Positions 53,516 to 64,000 of a DNA stretch of 64,000 nt are shown here, piece after piece (the stretch's first letter is position 1; every line of letters begins with the position of its first letter). Source of the stretch: Octopus sinensis (taxonomy: Eukaryota); the NCBI RefSeq assembly GCF_006345805.1, contig NC_043007.1:75144001-75208000 (forward strand). The letters run 5' to 3'. Under the pieces are notes generated by a model. That model was given only the letters and a program-made list of their open reading frames with translations, searched no databases and was not told the origin of the DNA. The position numbers and the translations under genes were made by a program.

Positions 53516-55469
53516 AACGTGAAAGTGGCTGAGAAATCCACACACACACACGCATACATGGCCTTAACATAGTTCTCAGGGAGATTCAGCATGAAACAGA
53601 ACATGACAAGGCTGTCCCTTTGAATTACAGATACTACTCATTTTTGACAGCTGAGTGCACTAGAATAATGTGGAATAAAGCATCTTGCTCAAGGACACGA
53701 AGTGTGATCAGATATCAAACTCAGAACCTTACAATCATGAACCAAATAAATCTAACCACAAATCCACGCATATGAAATACACTAAGGACAACATGAATAA
53801 AATGGCCAAGACTGCATAGAATGGGCTTGGAATAGATTTTAGTACCAACAAAAATCAGCAACAGGCTGGCAGAATCATTAGCATGTCAAACGAAAAACTT
53901 ACCAATGTATCTTTGAGTTCAAATCCCACCAAGAGTCTGTTTTGCTTTTCATCCCTTTGAGGTCAATAAATTAAGTACCAGTCAAGTACTGGGGTCAGCA
54001 TAATTGACTTTTCTTCTCCCTTCACAATTGCTGGCCTTTTACCCTTCAACAGACCAGTGTCCTATTCAGGGCAATGTTGTAATCTTGGTCACCATGGAGA
54101 TCTGGTAACTTACCTTATGAATCCTTGGGCTCAAGAAAAAAAAAGACATAACAAATCAGCATCACTTTATTCTTCCTCTATTTCTCTATGTTTATCACTG
54201 TTAATGTTGCCAGCTGAAGAGAGTAGAGTTTGGTATGGAAGTCTCATTGGGTAAAAACATACCCATTGCCTTCACCAGTTGACTTTAAAGACCAGATCCA
54301 CTCGAATCTGCATTGTCTATAGTATCCTAACATTTCAGTTGGCTGATGTTACTGGAGTCATCTCATTTGTTTTCTTTACATTTTTTCATGTTCCCAAATA
54401 GGAGTTTTTATCAACTAATTGTTTGGATGATGTTGGTCATATATTTTCAATATTATATATTATACACATATTAGACCCCACCACATTTGCAGTGTGTAGG
54501 ATATTCTCATTTATTTTCTCTCAGCCATATAAAAAGTGCGTGGCCTAGTGATTAGGGTATTGCACTTGTGATTGCAAAATCATGGTCACAATTCCTTGAC
54601 CTTGCAGTGTATTGTATTCTTGAGCAAAACACTTTATTTCATATCGCTCCAGTTCACTCTGTGATAAATGAATAACCCTGCCATGAACTGGCATCCTGTT
54701 CAGAGTGGTATGTTATTATCTCGGTCATTTATATGTCATGGAAACCAAGTAACCATCATCATCGTTTAACGTTCGCTTTCCCAGCTAGCATGGGTTGGAC
54801 GATTTTGACTGAGGGCTGGCGAACCAGATGGCTGCTCCAATCTTGATCTGGCAGAGTTTCTACAGCTGGATGCCCTTCCTAACGCCAACCACTCCGAGAG
54901 TGTAGTGGGTGCTTTTACGTGCCACCGGCACGGGGGCCAGTCTGGCGGTACTGGCAATGACCTCACTCAAATCTTTTTACACATGCCACCGGCACAGGTG
55001 CCAGTAAGGCGATGCTGGTAATGACCTTGCTCAAATGGTGCCTTTTACGTACCACCGGCACGGAAGCCAGTTAGCTGCTCTGGCAACGATCACGCTCGGA
55101 TGATACTCTTAGCAGCCTACTAGCACGGGGCTCAAGTGCCAGTAAGGCGACGCTGGTAACGATCACACTCAAATGGTGCCTTTTATGTGCCACTGGCACA
55201 GAAGCCGGTTAGCTGCTCTGTAAACGATCACACTCATATGGTGCTCTTTGCACCCCACTAGCACGGATGCCAGTCGTCCTATGAATTTTAGAACTCTATG
55301 CAGTAAAGTTCAACATAACTGGAAGTAAATGTTACCAGTTGGTCAAACTACAGCAGCTATTTACCAGAATTTACTTCATGTTAGAAATGATTGACACAAC
55401 AGAATCATGGCACGTGTAATCTCCAGAGAAGGTTTTTTTTTCACTTGAAATGTTTTTTTATTCCTTCAG

Positions 55470-55619
55470 AAAGCACAAAGTAAGAAAGGAAAATCAGCTG
55501 AAAAATCTCCACAAGAAGAATTCCCCCAAGTGTTTTCTAAAGAAGCATTGGATGTGGATGCTCAAATCCAACAACAAGGTGCTATTGTTCGTAAACTTAA
55601 AGAAAATAAAGCTGCCAAG
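55470..55619 (+). CDS. EPRS: EPRS exon, linker plus first half of WHEP repeat 1 (DAQIQQQGAIVRKLKENKAAK)
   Basis: ttcAG/GTATGT, 150 nt, phase 0 to 0. QG..VR.LK..KA.K motif. Confidence 0.93.
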
Positions 55620-56867
55620 GTATGTCCCATGTTGATGCTATCAGTTTGTTTACCATTTGTTCAAAATCTCTTTTACAATGGAATGATGCTATGGCGTGAC
55701 ACAAAATAGTTTTATATCAAATCTTTCCATTTGATGAATTAGTTTGATTGTTTTTTTTTTTCTCATTTTCCTTTGACAGCAGTGATTTGGCAGAATTATT
55801 TAGAGCCTGGTGTCATATAAAAAGCACCCAGTACATTCTGTTAAGTAGTTGGCATTAGGAAAGGCATCCAGCTGTAGAAAGCATGCCAAAACAGACAACT
55901 TGCCAGCTCCAGTCAAACAATCCAACCCATGCCAGCATGGAAATCGGTCATTAAATGATGATGATGATTAGAGCATTGGAGAGAACACACTGTAGTTCTG
56001 ATTTACTGCACTTTGAGTTCAAGTCTTACCAAAGTCAGTTTTTCAACCATGTGGTTTTAGGTTCAATCCCACTGTGTGGCATTTTGGGAAAGTGTCTTCT
56101 ACTATAATTTCAGTCCAACCAAATTTGAACTGTATGGTCTCAGGTTCAATCCACCCCACAGCACTTCAGACAAGTGTCTTCTACTATAGACTGACTAAAG
56201 CCTTGTGAGTCGGTTTGCTAGACAGAAACTGAAACAAGTCACCCAGAATATATCTATATGAGTGTATGCTTGTGTGTACCTTTGTCTCAACATCACATAA
56301 TTATTGTAAATGAGCATAATCATCATCATACAAGTGATGTTCATTTCCACTCTTCCCTAAAAAACATGTCAGGCCATGGGAAAATGTTACCTTGCTTGGA
56401 AACTGAACAGTGTTGGTGACAGGAAGGGCATCCAGCCATAGAAAATCTGCCTTAACAAATTCTGTCTGATGCAAGCAAACATGGAAAAGTGCATGTTAAA
56501 TGATGATGTTTGATAATATTTTAAGACATTATTTATAAGTTTATTACCAAAAGGAAATTACTTAAATATCAACTGAGTTGACAACTATTTTTACATTTCT
56601 GCTGTTTCACAATAAATAGTTGACCTTGGCAAATGGCCTTTTAAGATATTAACAACAACACAAAACAAACAGTTTAATTGCACTATTTAACCCTTTGAAC
56701 CTGCAAGACTATTTAACACAAAATTTTGTCACCGAAATTGTTGCCCACTCTCATTTTACTGCATCTGTGTGCATAGCTTGTACAGCCCTACTATTTTCCT
56801 ACCACTGTGTCAGACACCATCATATTGTTAATATAATTAATTTCATCTTTTATTTATATATTTCCAG

Positions 56868-57095
56868 CCTGAAATTGATGCAGCTGTGAAAATTCTCTTA
56901 GGTTACAAGAGTCAGTTTAAGGCTGTGAGTGGGTTTGATTGGAAACCAGGATGTACAAAATCCTTTGAAGGAAAAGGTGATGCAGCACAACCATCATCTA
57001 ATCCAGTTTCTAATCAAAATGCATCAGACTTAAATAAACGTATCCAAGACCAAGGAAATAAGGTCCGCCAGTTGAAGTCTTGTAAAGCACCAAAG
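56868..57095 (+). CDS. EPRS: EPRS exon, WHEP1 second half plus WHEP2 first half
   Basis: ccAG/GTTTGT, 228 nt, phase 0 to 0. PEIDAAVKILLGYKSQFKAVSGFDWKP...QDQGNKVRQLKSCKAPK. Confidence 0.95.
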
Positions 57096-59014
57096 GTTTG
57101 TGCTTTATGATTCTAAGTTATCTTTCGTTAAGTTTTGAAAATAAATGAAACTTAACCCTTTACTTTGTATCAGTTCAGATAAAGTTATTTGTGAATGAAT
57201 AAATTAATTGGTTGGCCTTTTTCATCATTGGTTGACAATATTGTAGAGACAATAACTTATTCACCTCTGTTGTGCCTGGGTTGTTTCCAGGAACAAATCC
57301 TTAATCCCAAGTATACTTACCACCTCCCCACTCATGGATACGCCATGCGGTAAAGACAAGTCCATGGAACTATAGGAGATTCAGATATTGGTTAAGTATA
57401 ATCATGCATACCTGCCTTAACTCACCCACCCTCCAGATTTTCTGTACGAGTTTACTCCCTTAGCCTTTTTTTTTTTTAATGCTCAATAAATTACCCCAAA
57501 AGACAGCAGGGATTTGTTATTCTAATGGGCATGGCTTTTGCAGGCCCAGTTCCTCTCTTGTCCTTCAAGTCTTTATTGGTCTGGTGCAACAAGTGTCACA
57601 AGCCCAGTAGTATTCAGGATATAGGATTTGTATGGAATTACTTTCTCTTTGATGAGCAGCTAAATATCTTAGGTTTTCATCTGCCCTGGGTCTGTTGGGA
57701 TGTCTGTCAGTGATTGTCTTCTGAAGTAAATTAACCCTTTAGCATTCACACTGGCCATATCAAGCCCAAATAGTCTACCTGCTCTATGTTCAAACTGACC
57801 AGATCTGATTTCTCACACCTATCTAACAATGTCATTCTAAAAATAAACAATCACATCATCGAAATCTCAAAGCTATGAGATAATATGTGGTTAATTCAAA
57901 ACCATCTGAATAAATAAGCATTATTTACAACAGAATAATCTGAATGCTAAAGAGTAAATATGGAAAGTTTATCTAAATACCTGTTCTATGCAATCTTGGT
58001 AAAAGTTAAGTTGTTACTCATGAAATTGAAATTAAATCAGTAGAAAGTTTTCTATTATATTTCTAAAGAACACAACTTAACTTGGTTTATTTAACAAAAG
58101 AATAGTAGGACTGGTACTGTGTTTTAGTGAAAACTAACATAGGGTATCAAAAGGTATTTGATCAAAAGTTACCTGTGATATTAGCAGCCTCTCTGGGGGA
58201 AATATGTCTTCTGCCTAAGACTAAATAATTTTAATTTAACCCTCTTGGACCTGGGCCCCAGTGTCTAATTTTACCCTCCACCAGGGCTCCTACGCAAAAA
58301 GTATTAGCATACACAGCTCAAGAGTAATGATTGCAGGCAAGCTAATAGACAGAATCACAAAACTGTTCAGGGAATAATAATATGGCTAGTTCTCAATGCC
58401 ATATTTGTTTATTGCAGGCAAACTAATGGACAGAATCCCCCAAAAAATTCGAAAAAATAACAATTATAAGCCTCTCTCTCAACTACTATATTTATTCACC
58501 TGCATCACTACTTTCCTCATCACTTTCACCAGTTTCATTGTCTGCATATGGGTAAACACTTCAAAGAATAGATATTATCTATAATATCTTCAACTGTAAA
58601 ATGTCTAGGCCATGTTCATATACCAAACAAAGTACTGGATTCATCACAGGCTCATTTCATCACAAAAATCTGTTTTTTGTGACTAAAAAAAAAGTAAACA
58701 GCTACCAGGGACATAATTAACATTGAGTCATAAACTCACTTGACTACAAAGCTGCAATGTGATGGGTTATCTATTTTTAGTATTTTATCTCCTTTTTCTG
58801 TATTGTTCATTACCACTTAAATGGAAATCTGGTAGAGATTATATTTAGGCTATTCTCTCCATACCAGGAATACGGTACGATTGGGTTAATCTGTGGTCTT
58901 ATTAATTCCTAAACTTCATGAAATAAAAAGAATGTCAATAAACTGTTATAGGACTTCTTTGTTCTTTTTGCTGTTAAAAGATATCATTTCTCATTCTTCT
59001 TTTTCCCCTTTCAG

Positions 59015-59230
59015 GAAGAAATAACTGCTCAAGTAAATATATTATTATCTTTGAAAGCTGAATATAAAACTCTAACCGGAACTGAATGGAAAGCTGAAGT
59101 ATCACCTGTAAATGGTGATAAAGACAAACCTGCTGCTACCATCACTGATCCAGCCGTTGCTGAAATAAATCAAAAGATTACAGAACAGGGGAATAAAGTG
59201 AGACAACTTAAAACCGATAAAGCACCAAAG
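59015..59230 (+). CDS. EPRS: EPRS exon, WHEP2 second half plus WHEP3 first half
   Basis: tcAG/GTATCT, 216 nt, phase 0 to 0. EEITAQVNILLSLKAEYKTLTGTEWK...TEQGNKVRQLKTDKAPK. Confidence 0.95.
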
Positions 59231-60509
59231 GTATCTTGGTATTTCTTCCCTGTTTTCCTACAGTAATTCAGTTGGTGGAAGAAACTAACAAAATACTTTA
59301 TTTTTCTGCATTATATATGTTCTTATCCCTTTTTTTTATCATAGACTTCACTTAAATATTATTAACTGTGTGGTTAAGAAGTTTGATTCCCAACCATATG
59401 GTTCCAGGTTCAGTCCCATTGCATGGCACCTTGGGCAAATGTCTTCTACTATAACCCCAAGCCAACCAAAGCATTGTGAGTGGATTTGGTTGTTAGAAAC
59501 TGAAAAAAGCCTGTTGTATGTATGTGTGCATACATATATGTATGCATTGGCCAGTTATCTGCCATAGGTCAATTTTGACTGTTCTGTTCAGGGACAGAAT
59601 GCCTTTGAATGGTGAGTAAAGCAGTTGGCAACATCCTCCACTAGTTTGCCTCTCTGTGCCTCCACACCAAGTATGAAATAGTATACAAGAGTGCAATGAG
59701 CGTGGTTGGTGAGGGTGCCTTGCAGTAGCAGCTCACTTGCTAGTTGACACCCAACAGTTGTCTGATAGTACCAATCATCCACTTGGACGCAATAACCTTC
59801 AAGCCACCTTGTCAATTATCCAATGTCCTGCTACAGATGTCTTCACCATATCTCTGGCATGGGAGGTTAAGGGGTTGTGTACTTGTCCTAGGTACCACTG
59901 CAGTCTATGGACAGAAGAGGCAACTTATTTTTCCTTCTATAGCCTGCCATTGATGTGTATACCGTGTGTAAAAGAGTGGGAGAAAGTTATGTATCTTTGT
60001 CATGACATGATATCACCATCATCATCGTTTAACATCCGTTTTCCATGCTAGCATGGGTTGGACGGTTTGACCAGTGTCTGGGAAGCCAGGAGGCTGCACC
60101 AGGCTCCAGTTTGATCTGGTAGTGTTTCTACAACTGGATGCCCTTCCTAACGCCAACCACTCTGAGTGTAGTGGGTGCTTTGTTGTAAACAAGTGTCACT
60201 GTCATACAAGCAGTGTCCTTCATTTCCAAATTTCTGTGAAACGTATTTAGCCATGGGGGAATATTACCTTACTTGGAAACAGTGAGGGTTAGGGACATGA
60301 AGAGTATCTTGTCATAGAAAATCTACCTCAGCAAATTCTGTCTGACCCAAGAGAGTAGGAAAATGTACAATAATAATGAGTAGCCTTGATCAGCTCCATT
60401 TGTGTATTATATATAAAGTTTACAAATGGTCAATGAAAAATTTGGAAGCCTATTGGAATAGCACTTGAAACAGTTTTCATTCAGTTATACAGTGATAAAT
60501 TTTATAGAG

Positions 60510-61060
60510 TGAATGACGTAAGAAGCATCAGATGTGGTGTGCAAGAAAGGCGACTGCGCTAGTATGGCCATGTGTTACATATGGGTGAGGACAGCTGTGT
60601 AAAGAAGTGTCACACCCTAACAGTGGAGGGAACCTGTGGCAGAGGTAGACCCAGGAAGACCTGGGGGATAAGGTGGTGAAGCATGACCTTCGAACATTGG
60701 GCCTCACAGAGGCAATAACAAGTGACTGAGAGATATACTGTACTTGAGAAGACCCGGCAAGCCAAGTGAGATCTTAACCGTGGCCTATGCCAGTGTCGCA
60801 TAACCAACCCATTTAAGAGTACCCATCAATCGTTGGGCAATATGCTGTGCTTGAGAAGACCTGTTGAGTCAAGTGAAATCGTCATGGCTAATGCCAGTAC
60901 CTCCTGACTGGCACCCATGCCAGTGGTACATAGTAAGCACCCTTCGAGTGTGGTCGATGCCAGTGCCACCTGACTGACTCCCGTGCTGGTGGAATCTAAA
61001 AAGCACCTTTTACACTCTTGGAGTAATTGGCATTAGGAAGGGCATTAAGCTGTAGATGTA
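60510..61060 (+). mobile_element. RTE LINE 3' end including 3' UTR
   Basis: Degraded RRLR*YGHV...VEGTCGRGRPRKTW...DLRTLGLTE followed by the GGCATTAGGAAGGGCAT-type UTR shared with many short repeats. Confidence 0.8.
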
Positions 61061-61762
61061 AAACAGGAAATTAAAGGAAAATTTTCAATTGCAAGACCTT
61101 TTTTTTTTGCAAGAGGATAGGAGATTACTGATATTTATTTTATCAATAAAGGGTATAAAGAAATGCTGATCTCTAATTGTGGAAGGGGTAGATCTAAGAA
61201 GGTGTGGGGCAAAGTAGTGAGACAAGATCTCCAGACATTGGGCTCACTGAAGAAATGACAAGGGACTGAGAATTCTTATGGTTTGCTGTGCTTGAGAAGA
61301 CAAGTCAGACTAAGTAAAATTGTCCTGAGGTTGATTCATTTGACTATATATTCCTCAAGGTGGTTGCCCCAGCATGGCCACAGTCAGATGACAGAAACAA
61401 GTAAAAGATAAAAGACATGAACTTTACTTTTCGTTCCTCCTCTTCTTCATTAATGTCCCTTTTCCATGCTGCTCAGTTACAAGGATGTAAACACACCAAC
61501 ACCAGTTGTCAAGCAGTGGTGGGGTACAAACAAAGACACACAGACATAGATATATATGTGTATATATAATGGGCTTCTTTCTGTTACCATCTACCAAATC
61601 TACTCACAAGGCTTTGGTCAGCCCGAGTCTTCCCCAAGGTAACACAAGTGGGGCTGAACTCAGAACCATGTGTTTGGAAAGCCCACTTCTTACCATACAG
61701 CCACGCCTGCACCTATAGTAGTAAGAAATTGAAAGTCTGTTTAATGTATTTGAAACCAACAG

Positions 61763-61947
61763 GAACAGGTAGATGCAGAAGTCAAGATCTTGCTCTCACT
61801 AAAAGCTGATTACAAGAGTAAGAGTGGCCAAGACTGGAAACCTCCCAAAGAAACTAAAGAGAAACAATCAGCCCCCAAGAAAGAGAAAGCCACTGTGAAT
61901 AAAAGCAATGAAGAACATTCTGGAAAAGAGATGAAGAAAATAACCAG
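61763..61947 (+). CDS. EPRS: EPRS exon, WHEP3 second half plus linker to ProRS (...EMKKITR)
   Basis: acAG/GTAATT, 185 nt, phase 0 to 2. LLSLKADYKSKSGQDWKP. KKITR should continue into the ProRS start (LGLE...), which is not found in the window. Confidence 0.93.
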
Positions 61948-64000
61948 GTAATTTATCACCATCATTTTTGTTGTTGTTATTGTTGTTGTTGATGATGATG
62001 ATGATGATGATGATCATCATCATCATCGTTTAACATCCGTTTTCTGTGCTAGCACAGGTTGGACGGTTTGACTGGGGTCTGGGAAGCCAGGGGCTGCACC
62101 AGGCTCCAGTCTAATCTGGCAGTGTTTCTACAGCTGGATGCCCTTCCTAACGCCAACCACTCCGTGAGTGTAGTGGGTGCTTTTTATGTGCCACTGGCAC
62201 AGGTGCCAGGGGAGGCTGGCAGCGGCCACGATCGGTTGGTGCTTTTTACGTACAACCGGCACAGAAGCCAGTCAAGGCGGCGCTGGCATCGGCCACGTTC
62301 GGATGGTGCTTTTTACGTGCCACCGGCACAGGTATGTGGTAATTTTAATAATGTATTTCAGAGATGTGCTTGTCTTGCAAGTGATTTGATCTGAGAAGAT
62401 GTGTTGAAACGAAAGTAATTACAGCATAGAAGACACATTTTAGCCATTCAAAAATACAAAGAGACTTGTTAACTTCATCTAACCCTTAAGCACTCAGCTT
62501 ACTCTGTCAAATCTAATGATTATTTATTTATATTGCTTTGAATTAATCCGCCATTATCTCGTAGCTTTGAGATTTCAATAGTGTGATTGTTTATTTATGA
62601 AATGACACTGTAAGGTAGGTGTGAGAGGTCAGATCTGGTCAATTTTAACATAAAACAGAATATTTGGGCTGGATATGGCCAGTTTTCATGCTAAAGAGTT
62701 AAACATTTATTATTTGGGGTAAAGATTTATGTCGCAGCCTTATCACTGACACAGTTTTGATGTGAATAGGTGTGTCGAAAAATTTTGACACCAAGTAAAA
62801 AAGATTTTTAAGTTAACAGTCTTTGTGTTTTTGAATGGTTAATATGTGATCTAAGCTGTACTTGTACTAATAATGTAATAGCATTTGTTATTCAGCTCAT
62901 TGTTTCATGTTTGTTTTCCCACTTCCTTATGCTAAAGAGTTTCCACAGCTGTCATCATTACAGACCATAATATTATTTAAACAGTTTTCATAAGAATTAT
63001 GAAATACATGTATACCAGCTCAGATCATAGTAGGAACTAAATTTGTGACAGAGTTCCTATTCATTACACAAATAACTTTTGGAAAAACAAAATAATTTTT
63101 TTTTTCCTTCTAGAAATGTTGGTGTTTCATGTTACACATTAAAATAAATAAATAAAATAAAATATCCTCCCCATTTCTTTTTTTTTTAAATCCTTTATGT
63201 GAGAATCTTTAGCAGAGTCCACTCTATTTGCAGGCATTAAGGCCAAGCCTCGGCATTGAGAATTAACGTCTTCTCCTCTTTCCATCAGTCTCAGAAAAAT
63301 ATGTCAATAGGTGTGAGCATGGCTGTGTGCTTAGAAATTTACTTCCCAATCACATGGTTTTGGGTTCAGTCCCACTGTGCGGCATCTTGAGCATATCTTC
63401 TTCTACTATTGCCCCAAGCTACCCAAATCCTTGTCAATGAGTTTGTTAGATAGAAACTGGAAGACGCCTGTTGTATATATATATATATGTGTGTGTGTGT
63501 ATATATATATATATACCATAAAGATTTTAAAAGTATGTGAATATATTTATTTAATCACTTAACCTCCTTAGGATTACAGCTGTTTCACAGCCTTCTTCAT
63601 GTAATAAGAATTTCAGTATATAATGAATTATGTTTGCATGTCTGCATTAATGTGCATGCTATGCATTATACAATTGTATATTTGCAATATACAATCATAT
63701 TGTATAATGCCAAATAAGCATTTTAATGCAAATATGTAAACATAATTTCTTCCAAACTAAAGTTATCACTATATGAAGAAGTCTGCAAAACAGCTGTAGT
63801 CCCAAAGATGTCAAGTGGTTAAATAAATGTATATTCACTTCCCATACCTCTTGACAGGGTGTACGGGAGGGGTAGTACCTCTGATGGGGCAACAGTCGTG
63901 CTCCTCCTCGAAGTAATTGATCTGCCTTGGTCCCCACCTGCACTGAACTCTCACTTGTGGCTTCTAGTAGCTATTTGTATATAGTTTAAATTCTCCTCAT

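Noticed and set aside
54915-55280. CRISPR-like look of the repeated units (also 7656-8130 and 23050-23121)
   Set aside because: Units are degenerate tandem copies without unique spacers, there are no cas genes, and the context is a eukaryotic TE.
58240-58885. piggyBac-like element (TTAA|CCC...GGG|TTAA)
   Set aside because: The TIRs barely match beyond the first 3 bases.

Overview
Eukaryotic, AT-rich, repeat-dense genomic DNA. It is most likely an octopus/coleoid cephalopod scaffold (inferred from the SINE, RTE and MITE families, not database-checked). Bases ~1-17,000 are TE-rich intergenic DNA: tRNA-derived SINEs, Lep1-like non-autonomous Helitrons, a mariner MITE, a probable solo LTR, microsatellites and a Merlin/IS1595-family (ISXO2-like) transposase ORF at 8376-9248 (-). 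From ~17 kb to the end, the + strand carries the 5' part of the bifunctional glutamyl-prolyl-tRNA synthetase gene EPRS. I resolved 20 GT-AG exons with consistent phases between 25227 and 61947, covering the GST-like domain, the GluRS catalytic and anticodon domains and three WHEP repeats. The ProRS half lies beyond the window. One required exon (phase 0 to 2) is missing next to the 100-N gap at 50042-50141, and the extreme N-terminal exons are unresolved. I found no prokaryote-style system and no CRISPR array. The most unusual items are a hammerhead-ribozyme-like core inside a 109-bp fold-back in an EPRS intron, a Gypsy gag fragment bracketed by 52-bp direct repeats, a Merlin MITE whose end matches the transposase locus, several long intronic or promoter hairpins, and a CpG-decay boundary at the gene start. 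Most ORFs in the supplied track are microsatellite or TE artefacts.
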